From NCBI RefSeq assembly GCF_035084215.1, contig NC_090327.1, positions 64,976,001-65,040,000 of the forward strand: a stretch of DNA of 64,000 nt, written 5' to 3'. The translations under genes and the position numbers were made by a program. The first letter of the stretch is position 1. Each line of letters begins with the position of its first letter. This document shows positions 47,660 through 60,954 of the stretch, piece after piece. The notes below the pieces were generated by a model, which made no database searches, was not told the origin of the DNA, and was given only the letters and a program-made list of their open reading frames with translations. Source of the stretch: Heptranchias perlo. Its lineage: Eukaryota.

Positions 47660-47800
47660 CAGTCTTGAGGAAGGGTCTTAGATCTGAAATGTCGATTGAC
47701 TGACTTCTATTTTTCCACAAATGCTGCTTGACCCGCTGAGCATTTCCTGCATTTTCTGTATTTGTTTTTAGATTTCCAGCATCTGCAGTATTTTACTTTT
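47660..47800 (+). mobile_element. Degenerate Penelope-type terminal relic (same family as 39087-39257)
   Basis: TTGAGGA-AGGGTC-TTA-GATCT-GAAA then ATGCTGCTTGACCCGCTGAGCATTTCC...AGATTTCCAGCATCTGCAG. Confidence 0.6.
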
Positions 47801-47972
47801 TCTAAAGTTTCTGGCCACAAGACAGAATCTGCCTTAGCTTATCAGTTATACAAGAACATAAACTATGAACAAGGCTAAACTTATACCCATCTAAATTCAT
47901 AGTGATACAAACACTGAAACTGTCACTTGTGCCTAGTGGGAAAAAAACTCCTTTAATCATATTTGTTGTATT

Positions 47973-48849
47973 GGTCTAGAAATTGGTTCGCGCAGGGCCC
48001 ATGTTTTGGGCGCTACACGGACTACTAAAGTCTCAATATGGCGGGCAGGAAGCATGCGTACATTTCTTGCCAGAAGTGCGCCGCCCGCCATATTGGGTAA
48101 GGACAAAAAATATACGTCCTTTACGCATGCCTGGAACAGGCATTTGGCCCTCTGCATATGCAAATAAGGGGCCTAGCACCTGTTTGAGCCCACCTCTCCA
48201 AGATTGATTTGTCGTGAGGCATTTGGCGTCAACGCCAGTGCCTTCACTGGAACAAGTCCTAGGAATCACCTGCTAGGCCCAACCAAGCAGTAACAGCCTG
48301 AAAATAGGGATCAATCTCCTTACCGCCCTGTTAACACCTGCAATGCGGCCAGTTCCATTTTAAAAGTGGCCTACTGCCAGGTGTCCAAAGCGCCCGCCTA
48401 CTTTAAGATGAAAGGCCCCTTTTAATATGCAAATCGGGGTCCTAAGACGTAAATAAAAGCCCGATTGCTATTTTAGGTCGGAACTGCACAGTGCAGGCTC
48501 CGCCCTGTTCCACAGACGATGGAACTAAAGAGACCCCGCTAAAGGTAAGTGTCGGATTATTTTTATGTTGGCCCCAGAGGTGCAGGAGTGCTCCTCAACG
48601 GCCTACAAAAATAATCTGGGCCATTGCCATCCCGGGGACCCCACCCTCAGTGATTGCGCCAACCCCACAACTTACTTGCTGGTGCCGCCCCTGCCTGATT
48701 TTGAGGCCTCAATCCAGTGAGCTGCATCGGGAAGCCTGCCAGATTTAAATCAGACCGGGGCTTCAAAATCACAGGGGCCTCTTCGCCGCCAGAATGGGCG
48801 GCTGACCAGCACACTGTTGGTGCGTCGCCGAAAAGTCAAAGCAGACCCC
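47973..48849. mobile_element. Harbinger-type non-autonomous element(s)
   Basis: Starts GGTCTAGAAATTGG; CCCGCCATATTGG, GGGCCTAGCACCTGTT and AAGGTAAGT blocks shared with the 3245-4377 and 6267-6971 copies. Confidence 0.55.
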
Positions 48850-49094
48850 ATGGTGTAAGTTTGGGATTATAGGAGATAGGAGTCTGCCTGCAGAAACTAC
48901 ATTTTGTTACGATCATTAAAAAAAGAGTTGGAAGAGTCACAACTGTAAGAGCTTGGGTCCAAGCTGAAGAACTGCGATAATGAGGTCTTAAGAAAAAATG
49001 CCCATCTCTAGTTTTTTTTAAAAAGAGAAGCTATATTTTTGGAGTATTAATGGTGCAACAAACCATTTGTTTGCCTGAGCATCTCAGGTACATA

Positions 49095-49789
49095 GGGGTA
49101 GAGTTTTGGTTTTTTTGGGCGCAATCGGGAATTGGGCGCAAATTGCGCCCGAAAATTGTGCTGGTTAGATTACAGTTCAAGTTTTTGCCAAAATGCATTT
49201 GCATATTCACAAACATAACAGCTTCCATGATCCAGTGCAATCCGGCAGCTTAATAGAGCGTAATTGTTTATTTTCTTTCTTTGCAACACATTGATGCACT
49301 TAAGAGTGGTAATCTGGTGCAGTTTTATTAATACAGCTGAAAATGGGTTTATCACAAAAACTAAGCATTTTTAATATGAGTGTCCAGTCCTCCACCTGTG
49401 ATTAACCTGATTTTAAATCACTGAAAATGAGCTTAAAAACATATACTGAACCATTTACTACACTAGTCAGTTTCTTAGTAAATTAAATATTTTTTAATAT
49501 GTAAAAACATTTAAAACGTGCCCACTTGTGTGCCAAAGAAAACAAACTTAATTTGAAAACCCTCTTCAAACAGCCGCAATCGACGGAAACTCGCCATCCT
49601 CGTTATTTCGATCGGGGGTGTGGCCAGTTTTGTGGGTTCAGTGCAATGATTTTTGAACCAGCGCAAAAGATCACGGAAACTCAAATTACGCTGGACTGCC
49701 CAGCGGAAATTGAGTTTTTGCGATCTTTTGCGCTGGTTCAGCCGGATTGTATTGATAAAACCAGTGCAAACTAGCAGAAATTCTAGGCC
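49095..49789. mobile_element. MITE with AT-rich core
   Basis: TIRs GGGGTAGAGTTTT / GAAATTCTAGGCC; flanks ATA/TTA. Confidence 0.55.
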
Positions 49790-50389
49790 TTAATGCTTTA
49801 TAGATTAGGCCTGATGAATATGCAGGAGCATGGCACTCTTAACAGAAATGGACAATTGCCAGATTAGCTAAACAGACTAGTGTTCTGGAATTATGGCAAA
49901 AAGAACATAGTCCTCGCTTATGCTGCCACATAAGGAATCAACTGGAAGAGAAACAGATAATAGTACTTAAAATAACTAAAGACTATATTTATAGCTCTGA
50001 AAATCTACTAAAAACTGTAAGACCTGGCTTAGAAAGTCAAATAAAATCAGCTGTGGAAGCTTAGAGAATCTTCTCAAAACTGGAGCAGGGGCTGGAAGGG
50101 GAACAGTTCCAACGATGCTATGACCCAAAAATTGTGAATTCCCAGAATCAATCTAAATGGACAAGTTCCTACAATGTATGAAGGATACCACTGCTCTTCC
50201 TACTTTGGTGTTATCTGACCACTCTGCATTAAGTTTCTGAATCTAGGACATTTATGTAAATTAGAAATAGTAGCGGTCCCAGCCCAGAGGTTCCCCATGC
50301 AGTACTTCTTCCCATTCCGACATAACTTCTCTAACAAATACTCATTTATATTTGCCAATTGCGCCCTTGGAGGAAACTCAGGGCCATTG

Positions 50390-50760
50390 ATTCTTAGCCC
50401 TCACCCACTTTATTTTCCATTCCCAGGATTACCCTGAATCCACCTTAATAGTCTTTCATGTGTAACTTTATCAAAAGCTTTCCGAAAGTTGAGGTCCACC
50501 GTGTCATAGGGCTTACTGGAGTCTACGTGAGTTGTCACTTCTTCAAAGAAGTCGAGCAGGTTGGTCAGGCAGGATCTTTCCCTTCTGAATCTATGCTGAC
50601 TGCTGTTAACTAGGCTATTGTTGTATATATATGACCCTCAAGTTTACTCCTGATAATCAATTCCATTATTTTACATGGAATGGAATTAAGACTGATAAGG
50701 TCCATGTTTACCTCTGTCTGTTTTGCCACCGTTTTTGAATATGGACACCACATTAGCCTG
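50390..50760 (-). mobile_element. Degraded CR1 RT fragment
   Basis: Minus strand ISLNSIPCKIMELII, QHRFRRERSCLTNLLDFFEEVT, FRKAFDKV. Confidence 0.8.
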
Positions 50761-51698
50761 TTTGGTGAAAGGAATTGCATCAGACTGATATAAAAGCCAG
50801 TACTGGACATGGCAGAGACAAATCAAAGGGTCAGAAAATAAAACTGACAAATTAAGCATTTTTTAGCTCCTTTTTATGTTATGATTATTTTAAGGTTTAA
50901 ATAAGATATTTACTAATTTAGACTGTTGACTATTCATGAAATTTCTGGCAACAATTTACTTTAAGGATATAAAAATGTTCGGAATTTTTAATCTGCAGGA
51001 ACGCTAGGATTGGATTCTATAAGGTTAACTCTATTGTGGGTTTTAGTATGCTAGAATCAGTTTCAACACTTGGATTTGATTCATGCCAGGTTGATCGCTG
51101 GTATGAAGATACTAAATGTCATGATGAACAAATATTGCAATGGTGTGGATTTTCTATGTTTAATTAACATTTGAAAGCAAGACCATTGGACTGATATCAT
51201 TAACTTCAATAACGTGATATAATAGTAGCTCATGTTCTGAAGTTGATGTGCAAGAAAGGATATTAAGTTTCAAATAAAAATGAAATAGATTGATCATAAT
51301 ATGAATAAATTGTGGGATTTCAATATTCATTATAAAATTATTGTACTGGCTGGATCAAGTTGAAATTCTTAACTGATGCGAATTCTGGTCCCATGTGGCT
51401 GAGTTAGGTTACAAAATTACACTACAAAAGACTTTTAAAAAGCTCAAATTTAAAAATTGATCGGGTTACCATAGGTTTTCTTTGCCTGTGTATCACAGTA
51501 TGGTTTTATGAAGACAGAAAGTACTTGCTAAAATTAAATTTGATTTTTCCTACTCTCTTATTTCACAGGAACAGCTGTGAAGCACAACAATTAAAGGCTG
51601 GCTGGGAGAAATCACGTATTTGTTTTGTTGTAACCCTTGATTTGGAGCTACGCATAATCTAATTATGTTTCGTTTCTTGGCAACCAAAATATACATAT

Positions 51699-53790
51699 GG
51701 GGGGCAATTTTAAGGCCTCCTGTCCAGTGGAAATGGGGTGGTAACACCCCAAAAAGACACCACCCTGTTTGTGTTGTGGTGCTGCAGGTGCCATTTTCCT
51801 GGGGTCCTTGGCCTGGGTGGTCACCTGGATGTAGCTCATAAACCAACCCTTCCAGTAAAAGAACAAGGAGAACTAACCCCTTCACATTACCCCTGCAGTA
51901 ACAGTCCTTCAACACCAATCCATCTTAACCCTCCACTTTGTAAGAAAATAAAAGACTCTGATCACCTGCCATCGTAGCTGAATACCTCATTATACGAACA
52001 TACGAATTAAGAGCAGGAGCAGGCCATTCGGCCCCTCGAGCCTGCTCTGCCATTTGATAAGATCATGGCTGATCTGATTGTGACCTCAACCCTACTTTCC
52101 CGAATAACCTTTGACTCTCTTGTTAGTCAGGAATCTATCTAACTCAGCCTTAAAAATATTCAACGACCCTGCGAATATAGAAATATATGTGAAATATGAC
52201 CCATTATAACCCAGTGAACAGGCAAATATGCACCGTTCAGCTATTATAATTTTTAATGCCTTCAAAGACTGGCATCATAGAATTATTTCCCCCTGGTGTT
52301 ACCCCATCATGCTTTTATTAAGTGTTCTCTTACCTAATCTACTGCTTTTACAAGGTGCTCCCCAGTGCCGTCAGCAGGGATGGTGGGCGTCTGTTGATGC
52401 TCAGATTAAGATGTTTGTGGTCGGCAACCTCTAGCAGCTTGGGGCCTTGAGGGGCTAGTTGGGCACTGCGACAACTCAGCTGGTGTCAGGGCAGTCTGGC
52501 CAAGCTGCCTTTCATGCATGATAGCGAGCACTGGTTGAGTGGGTTGCACTGGGCCAGACATGTTGTCATCCTGAGAGAGGGCAGCATGTGCCTCTCCCAT
52601 TAAGCCACTGCCAGTCCCATTCACTTGCAGGACCTTACTCCTAGTGGTCTGCAGCAGAGCAGAACTTAGGAGATTAGAGACTTCGGAAGCCCATATCAAT
52701 ATGTTCCACCAGCATTTTGAAATCAGCAGATACTGAGGACAGAGCCTGTATGGCACTAGTCTGAGCTTCTATCCAAGTGGCCCGAGTTTATGGACACAGA
52801 CTCCTGTGCAGAGGTCCTTGCTGCAGGATCTTCAGAGGTGACCACATGCTCCATGGTTGACTGCTGGTTCCACTGGCCAGAATGCCGGACATGCTGGAAT
52901 GAACTCCTCTATAGTCTCAGGCATGTTGCGGTGACTTTTAGGCAGGCAGTCAATACACCCAACAACTGTTGGTGCATGTCAAGGAGTCTGCTTTTGTAAG
53001 CTGGGCCTCTGAGGTCTGCATCTCGATCCTCTATAGCAAAGCTAACACCCCTCCGGCATGCCATGTCCTCAGCTTCCCTTTCCACTGCCTCGTGTTCACA
53101 AGTGCTGTGCAAATCCCCTTTTGCATCCCCTTCTACCTCACTATCTATCCTAACTGGGGTGCCAATCTCTGAGCCGGTGCTTGGAAGAGATAGAGCGGGT
53201 GACAGTGCTTCTTCAGGAGGGTTCACCCTCCAAGGCTTTTGCTTCATTTTCTGAAGGATGAAAAAAACCTAGAGAAGGGGAGAAGGGACAAGGATTACTA
53301 TGGAGGTAGCAGTTAACAAAGCAATGGATGACTGTCAGTACTAGACAGCACCAATGTGCCACACAGTCTACATGCAGGATAGTGAGAGAAAAGAGAGATC
53401 ACAGTAATAAAGACGGACAGACTGCTGTGGGCTTGAACCAACCTCGCCATCTCCAATACTTCAAAGTCTGCATAGCGTCCTCCTCTATGAGTGAGGGGGT
53501 GGATGGAGGCAGCGCGCTCCCCCGCAGGACAAACTCTTCGCAGGGGTGACAACACCTCTCTTTAAGACGTGCATTCATCCTTCAAATACTGCAGATCTCA
53601 GGTGAAATCACACCCCCAATTAGGCGGATTGCCATTCAGTGATCCCAATGCCTGGGCAGCCCGCCAATGAAATGCAAATAAGGCCCGCTGTCAAAATTTG
53701 CTGGGCCTTCCATCCATGTGATTGGGCAGCCGGAACAATCGTTCCTCCCACTGACTGCCTGAGCACCACTCGGGGGGAAATCTACCCTCC
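51699..53790 (-). mobile_element. Degraded Harbinger element with remnants of the Myb-like accessory gene (contains CR1 3' end at ~51995-52170, minus strand)
   Basis: Termini GGGGGCAATTTT / GAAATCTACCC; exon-like remnants (LSLPSTGSEIGT, RLLDMHQQLLGVL) resemble Harbinger accessory proteins; boundaries uncertain. Confidence 0.4.
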
Positions 53791-55187
53791 CTAGCCACTG
53801 ATCCCAAGACAGATTTCCCCCCGAGTCCAGGATTCAGTGCAAGGTTTCAAACAAATTTATTTTGAGGACATTTTAGAGGGTTGTATTCTTCATAAATGAT
53901 GGTTATAATTTATTTGGATTTATAAATGGCTTTCACATGTAAGACTTTTAAAAGTTAAGGCTCGTGGAATTAATACAAATTAGCTAGCTGGATTGAAAAC
54001 CGGCTTGACAATATTAACCAGGCATGGTGATAAATGGAAAAGGCTCTGTCTTGGGATCAGTGGCTAGGGAGGGTAGATTTTCCAAGTGCTTGTATCTCGT
54101 ATTCCAGCATGCATCAGAATTTCCTATGTGCCCTTGTGGAGTGCAAGGCACAATTGAATAATTTATCCTGTGTAGGCATACAGGGATCTGTCCTGTTCCC
54201 TTGGCCTCACATGATACATTAACAATTTCGAAGGCAGGGCCTCTAGTAAAATAAAATTTACTAATGATACCAAGCTATGTGGACAGGTTGCTGGCAGTGT
54301 AAAGGTACTGATGCATGAAGGGGTGCAAGAAGTATCCTCCAGCAACTTTCATTATCTAAGGACGTGTGAAAGATTGTAGCCTCTGCTATATCCTCGCTGA
54401 CTTCTCTCAGCATTCTATGATGCATGTCATCAGGACCAGTGACTTTTCCACTTTGAGTTCCACCAATTTTTTCAGTACTACCTCTTTAGCTATAGTTATC
54501 CTAATAGCTGCACTGCTTCCTCTTGATCCTTTTATGCCCACTACCATTCGCTTCATTGAAAACTGAGGCAAAGTATTAATTTAGTATCTCTACCATTCCT
54601 TCATCCTCCATTAGAAAGATTTATTTTCATCTTTAATAAGCCCTACCCTTTCATTAACTATACTTTTGTGTTTATAAAATTTCTTACCATTTACCTCTAT
54701 GGTACTGCCAGTTTTTCTTCATACCTTCTGTCTCAAAGGCAGCAGTGCTGCCAACTGAACCAAGCTGACACTTAGTACACAGAGAGGACCATTACAAAAT
54801 TTGCCAGCTAGAAAATTGAGAAGGAATTAGGCACAAAACATGCTTAAGGTCTGCTTGTCTTCATTCCAGTCCCCCAGTGCTCTTTTATGCCAGCACAAGC
54901 AATTGCAAAATCAACCTTTATATTACATATATCAATGAGCTCCCTTCTTCTCTCTAAATTGAAAAGCTTAAGACTCTGTTCTTTCCTAATATCTTATTTC
55001 TTTTATATTAGAGATTATTCTTGTTGCTTTTCTCTGTAATTCTCTTTCCAGTCCATGTATATTGTTTTTGAAGTGTGGTAACCAGATTGGCACACCATAC
55101 TTTGCTCAGAGTCTATGAAACATCTAATATCATGGGGGAAAGAAATCTTATATCGTCTCATTTGTTTGGACATGTACTCTATGTATA

Positions 55188-57170
55188 TGTAAATATAGGT
55201 CCCTTACAGTCAGAAATGGGAGAATTTATAATGGGGAACAGGGAAATGGCAGAACAATTAAACAAATACTTTGGTTCTGTCGTCATGGAAGATGACACAA
55301 ATAACTTCCCAGAAATGCTAGGGAACAAAGGGACTAGTGAGAAGGAGGAATTAAAGGAAATTAGTATTAGTAAAAAAAGTGCTGGAGAAATTAATGGGAC
55401 TGAAAGCTGACAAATCCCCAGGGCCTGATAATCTGCACCCCAAAGTACTAAAAGTGGTAGCCATGGAAATAGTGGATGCATTCGTTGTCATCTTCCAAAA
55501 TTCTATAGATTATGGAACAGTTCCTGCAGATTGGAGGGTGGCAAATGTAACCCCACTATTTAAAAAAGGAGAGAAAACAGGGAACTACAGACCAGTTAGC
55601 TGAACATCAGTAGTAGGGAAAATGCTAGAGTCTATTATAAAGGATGTGATAACAGGACATTTAGAAAATATCAACAGGATTAGACATAGTCAACATGGAT
55701 TTATGAAAGGGAAATCATGTTTGACAAACCTACTGGAGTTTTTTTTTGAGGGTGTAACTGGTAGAATAGATAAGGGAGAACCAGTGGATGTGGTTTATTT
55801 GGATTTTCAGAAGGCCTTTGATAAAGTCCCATGTAAGAGTTTAGTGTGCAAAATCAAAGCACATGGGATTGGTGGTAATATACTAGCATGGATTGAAAAT
55901 TGATTAACAGACAGGAATCAGAGAGTAGGAATAAATGGGTCTTTTTCTGGGTGGCAGGCAGTGACTAGTGGGGTAGCACAGGGATGAGTGTTTGGGCCCC
56001 AGCTATTCACAACATATATCAATGATTTGGATGAGGGAACCAAATGTAATATTTCCAAGTTTGCTGACGACGCAAAACTAGGTGGGATCGTGAGTTGTGA
56101 GGAGGATGCAAGAGGTTTCAAGGCGATTTAGACAAGGTGAGTGCGTGGGCAAATACATGGCAGATGCAGTATAATGTGGATAAATGTGAAGTTATCCGTC
56201 TCAGAAGGAAAAACAGAAAGGCAGAGTATTATTTAAATGGTGATAGATTGGGGAATGTTCCATGTAAGAGTTTAGTGTGCAAAATTAAAGCACATGGGAT
56301 TGGTGGTAATATACTAGCATGGATTGAAAATTGATTAACAGACAGGAATCAGAGAGTAGGAATAAATGGGTCTTTTTCTGGGTGGCAGGCAGTGACTAGT
56401 GGGGTAGCGCAGGGATGAGTGTTTGGGCCCCAGCTATTCACAACATATATCAATGATTTGGATGAGGGAACCAAATGTAATATTTCCAAGTTTGCTGACG
56501 ACGCAAAACTAGGTGGGATCGTGAGTTGTGAGGAGGATGCAAAGAGGTTTCAAGGCGATTTAGACAAGGTGAGTGCGTGGGCAAATACATGGCAGATGCA
56601 GTATAATGTGGATAAATGTGAAGTTATCCGTCTCAGAAGGAAAAACAGAAAGGCAGAGTATTATTTAAATGGTGATAGATTGGGGAATGTTGACGTACAA
56701 AGGGACCCGGGTGTCCTTGTACACCAATCATTGAAAGCAAATATGCAGGTGCAGCAAATGGTATGTTGGCCTTCATTGCAAGAGGATTTGAGTATAGGAG
56801 CAAGGATATCTTACTGCAGTTATACAGGGCCTTGGTGAGACCACATCTGGAGTATTGTGTGCAGTTTTGGTCTCATTACCTAAGGATATACTTGCCATAG
56901 AGGGAGTGCAGCAAAGGTTCACCAGACTGATCCCTGGGATGGCAGAACTGTCGTATGAGGAGAGATTGGGTCGACTCGGCCTGTATTCACTCGAGTTTAC
57001 AAGAATGAGAGGGGATCTCATTGAAACATAAAATTCTGACAGGGCTAGACAGACTGGATGCAGGGAGGATGTTTCCCCTGCCTAAGATAGTGGATCAGCC
57101 ATGATCATATTGAATGGCGGAGCAGGCTCAAAGGGCCAAATGGCCTACTCCTGTTTCCTAAGTTTCTATG
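55188..57170 (+). mobile_element. CR1 LINE 3' half, degraded, with internal tandem duplication
   Basis: KSPGPDNLHPKVLK, SQHGFMKG, DFQKAFDK and FADD motifs with stops/frameshifts; 3' UTR ending GGCCTACTCCTGTTTCCTAAGTTTCTATG. Confidence 0.92.
55829..56691 (+). repeat. Tandem duplication, 431/432-bp units
   Basis: 55829-56259 and 56260-56691 are near-identical. Confidence 0.92.
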
Positions 57171-59232
57171 CTCAGTCCAAATTAAATAGCCTGCTAACAT
57201 CTATATTTATATTTTGCTGCATGTTAAAGACTTTTCCTTCACACCCTACTACCACCAACCCCCCACCAAAAAGAAAATCTTTTCTCCAATGCAAACAAGT
57301 ATAATAGAGTATTACCATTTTGTTCCGTAAATCAGTACAGATACCAGCTTTAGAACAATGCTGTGCCTCAGAAAAGTAGGTTAGCTACAGCAAACATATG
57401 ACGAGACAGAAATAAACAAATTACTTGGGATAAATACTCTCATGAACTAGAAATCCAAGCAAATTTAGTCAAATTGTTTACCCGTAACAAAGGTTTGTTC
57501 ATTTCAGGGTCACAATCTTAGATTTGTTCAAAATATTGCAATGTTTTTGTTGTTTGGAAATAACCAATTTCTAGCCAAAGAAAAAGCTGATGAAAATGAT
57601 AAGGGGACAATGATGCACTTCATTAAAAAGGGTTATTTAGTAGGCATGAATAATGAGGTTTCACCAGGAAGAGTTGGAAGCTGACCTGGATAGGGTCTTT
57701 TGTTAGGACCCAAGGTGGAAATTTAGTACTCCATATTTTTATTTAAAGTGAATAACCTGTAAGAGTGCTTAGAATTTCTTTAAAAACGAAAGAGAATTTG
57801 ACTTGGCACCAGTTACCTCAAGAGTCTTAATAGATCCTACAAAAGTGTACTAATATTCTGTTCTTCCCTAACCCAGCTGAAATCTCTACTCATTGCAGAA
57901 AAATGTCATCTGCTCCATCCGTAGTCAAGATCAAGATGAGAATGGCTTTCACTGATTTATTTTATGAAGTATTGTCTACATTGGGAAAATAATTAAAACT
58001 ACCTCACCACACCATGTCTCTGCCCATTTTTCAGTGCCGCTGATTTTCTGTAGCTAGGGTCCAGGGGTGTCCAATATATGGGTGAGTGTATCATAAACAG
58101 ATGCAAATAATGGAAATACATCCTCCGACATATTTCACACCACAGTAACTCTGGATGGCAGGGATGCCTTTTTAAAAAAATACATTCAATAACCTATTAG
58201 TAGGATGTAGCTGGAGGCAATTGCTAAGACAGATTCCTCAAATTTAATCCCAGTGATGCATACTTGTTCCTGGTTCAGTAGGTGATAAACACAAAATTCA
58301 AAATTCTGAGTTAAAGAGATTGATTTTCAGCCAACAATACCATCTGAACAAAAGTTTTAGAGGCAGAGGTGGTATTTGGGGCTAGCTTTTTGGACTGATA
58401 CAGAACAAAGTGCAGCAGCAGGAACTCACATGTTCCAGTGATCCCCAGAAGCCAAGACACCAAAACAATCAATGGGAAATGAACTCCACAGTGGACCATT
58501 CTGTAGACAGGAGGAGATACAAAACAATACAGCAACATATTTTATTATTTCTATATCTCGCTATGCAATTATCAATATTGTGGTAAATCAACTTGCAACT
58601 ATAATGACACTATGCAGTTCCTGAATGTTACATGATGTGATCTTCAACAATTTAATGCATGCAATAAGTATGCTACATTTCCCCAGCTATTAATTTTTCT
58701 TCTCCCAAGTGGTTTCATTGCAAAATTACATACTGAACAATTTCCATCACATTCAATTGTATATTCAGTTGTAAAGGAATTTGATGTTCCAGTTTAATTG
58801 CCAAATATAATTTACTTGATGGCTCCAATAGTGGTATAAGGCTTTTGTTTTAAAAATCATGAATCAGTGCCTCCACCACAAGCAACATTGAACCAATTTA
58901 TAATGTTCTGTCGTGCTTCAAGAATTGATTCTGACATAACACCGTAAGGTTAAATGTTGTCAATCTAATGATTTCAGGTCCACAGAGGAAGTTGTTTCAT
59001 TAATAATTCATCACTATATTGACATCTGTGTTAATCGTCGAGAAGATACAGGCAGTACAAAACATGATACACAGCAAATAACTATTTTACAGTATGCTCA
59101 GATCATTTTTTTATTGGAAACATTACTGTGAAATCATACTTGACTAAGATGCAAATAATGTACAACTATTTCAAACAATGGATCTTTCAGGTTACTCATT
59201 AAGCAAATACTTTTATGCCAAATACATTAAGC

Positions 59233-59253
59233 TTTATTTAATCAGGATTTATT
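59233..59253 (-). terminator. Candidate atp6v1h polyadenylation signals (two AATAAA)
   Basis: TTTATT on + strand at 59233-59238 and 59248-59253, ~180-200 nt past the stop. Confidence 0.5.
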
Positions 59254-59431
59254 TTCCATGTTGCTAAATACACACCATAAAGAAATGCAGCATGTGGACA
59301 TATGAAAAAACACCATTAATCATCAAAATATTACATGCTTAGTTCAATATATTCAGAAACACCACTTCTTTATACCCTAGGAATGACCAGCCAATGCAAT
59401 TTAGCACAGACTGCAATAGCAGTATGACAAT

Positions 59432-59492
59432 TCAGCTTCTGGTGGTGACAGTTGGTGGTTGTTCTGACTGAAGCTGTTTCCCAAGGTACTCC
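59432..59492 (-). CDS. atp6v1h: V-type H+-ATPase subunit H, last coding exon
   Basis: Acceptor ATTATTTTCAG|G; reads (W)EYLGKQLQSEQPPTVTTRS*, matching the ATP6V1H C-terminus (human ...WEYLGKQLQSEQPQTAAARS); 61 nt; ATP6V1H neighbours OPRK1 in human. Confidence 0.9.
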
Positions 59493-59961
59493 CTGAAAAT
59501 AATGGGATAGGGATTACCATGTTTGTTTTTAAAGAACACCGTCTTTTATAATGCAACACCCTTTTCTATTGCATATAAAAATGTATTACACATTTCATGG
59601 TAAAAGTGTGCAACAGAAAACAAAATATAATTACACATATATATTCTATTTACACTTTCAATAGTAAATTTCAGTGCATATCATAGATTCTTTGATGGAT
59701 AGATAGTGGAATTACATTCAGTTCAGGTCAGTGCTAGGTTTAACATAGTGATCCATTATATAGCAGTATCGAACAGTTCAACAGAGATCACATATCAAGA
59801 TTGTGGTTAAAATTGATTTAATTTGGAAATGGTATAAAAACCTACTTTATAATCATGTTCACAATATTGTTATATTGCTGTATCACAACTTTCAGAAATT
59901 TCTCAAAGCGATTCACTCGGTCTACCATTTCCCTTACTACAACTCGGTGAAATGCCTTGAC

Positions 59962-60481
59962 GGCCCCGATATTTACAGGGAGGGTGCGAGGGAGTGCCAA
60001 ATTTAACGGCAGGACCTCTATCATTTTTTGGATCCGTTTCCTGCCCAGCTGGAAACTGATCCAGCTGGGCAGGAAACGGGGCTTTGGTGGGGGTGGGGGC
60101 GTCGGCTACGATAGTGAAAGGCTGCAATCGGCAGAAGGGAGGCCAAATGCTTCCTTGAGGGGCCAGGGGGAGCACACCTGCTCCTCCTGACCCATAAGGA
60201 GTGCTATAAAAAGAACTTACCTTCCAGAGCTGGCAGCTCCTGCCTCCATTTCGTTGCTGGGTTTCCAGAGCCTTGGGAATCCCGGCCGGCAGCAGTTATA
60301 TTTAAATCAGGCTCCCAACTGCAGTCTCCAAGACAGGGCACTCGCAAGTCTCGCTACCTGCCACCAAAAAAATGGCGGCAGGCCTGTAGATGTCGGGTTT
60401 GCATCGCATTTCAAATGTTTAAACACCACCCCCCACCGCCCGTTGTGGTGGTGGTGGGGGGGGGGGGTTAATATCTAGGTC
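59962..60481. mobile_element. Harbinger-type MITE
   Basis: TIRs GGCCCCGATATTTAC / GTTAATATCTAGGTC; internal GAGCACACCTGCTCCTCCT and CTTACCT. Confidence 0.6.
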
Positions 60482-60569
60482 AATATGTTTTGACACATTA
60501 AAGGTGCTGCATAAATGCAAGTTGTTGTTGTTCACATACAATGCTGTACTCTGGGGTGGTGTGACTATG

Positions 60570-60866
60570 TAAGCAAATGTAACAGCTATTTTACACAAGA
60601 TCCTACAAACAGCAATGAAATGAATGATCAGTTAATCTGTTTCATGTTATTTTGGTCAGGGGGACCAGGAGAACTCTTTTGAATAGCATCACAGGATCTT
60701 TTCTGTTCACCTGAACCGCTAGAATGGGAGAACAGGTCCTCAATTCAACATCACGTGAAAGATGGCACTTTTCAGTACTGCACTGGATAGTCAGCTTAGA
60801 TTACATGCTCAAGTCGGAGGCTGAGGTTTGAACCCATAACTTTGACGCAGAGAAATGCGCTACTAA
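60570..60866 (-). mobile_element. tRNA-derived Deu-domain SINE (SacSINE1-like), degraded
   Basis: AGATCCTACAAACAGCAATGA, CAGTACTGCACTGGA, GTCAGCTTAGATTACATGCTCAAGTC and B-box-like GGTTTGAACCC match the common shark SINE as I recall it. Confidence 0.65.
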
Positions 60867-60954
60867 CAAAGAAACTGAACACCAAAGAGCAGAGCAGTAT
60901 TACAGAATGCAAGAGCCACACTTGATTAATAATTTAGCAAATAAAACCAGTGAC

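Noticed and set aside
57200-59200. Short ORFs such as 58311-58538 as a separate gene
   Set aside because: No recognisable homology or splice support; AT-rich sequence downstream of the atp6v1h stop.
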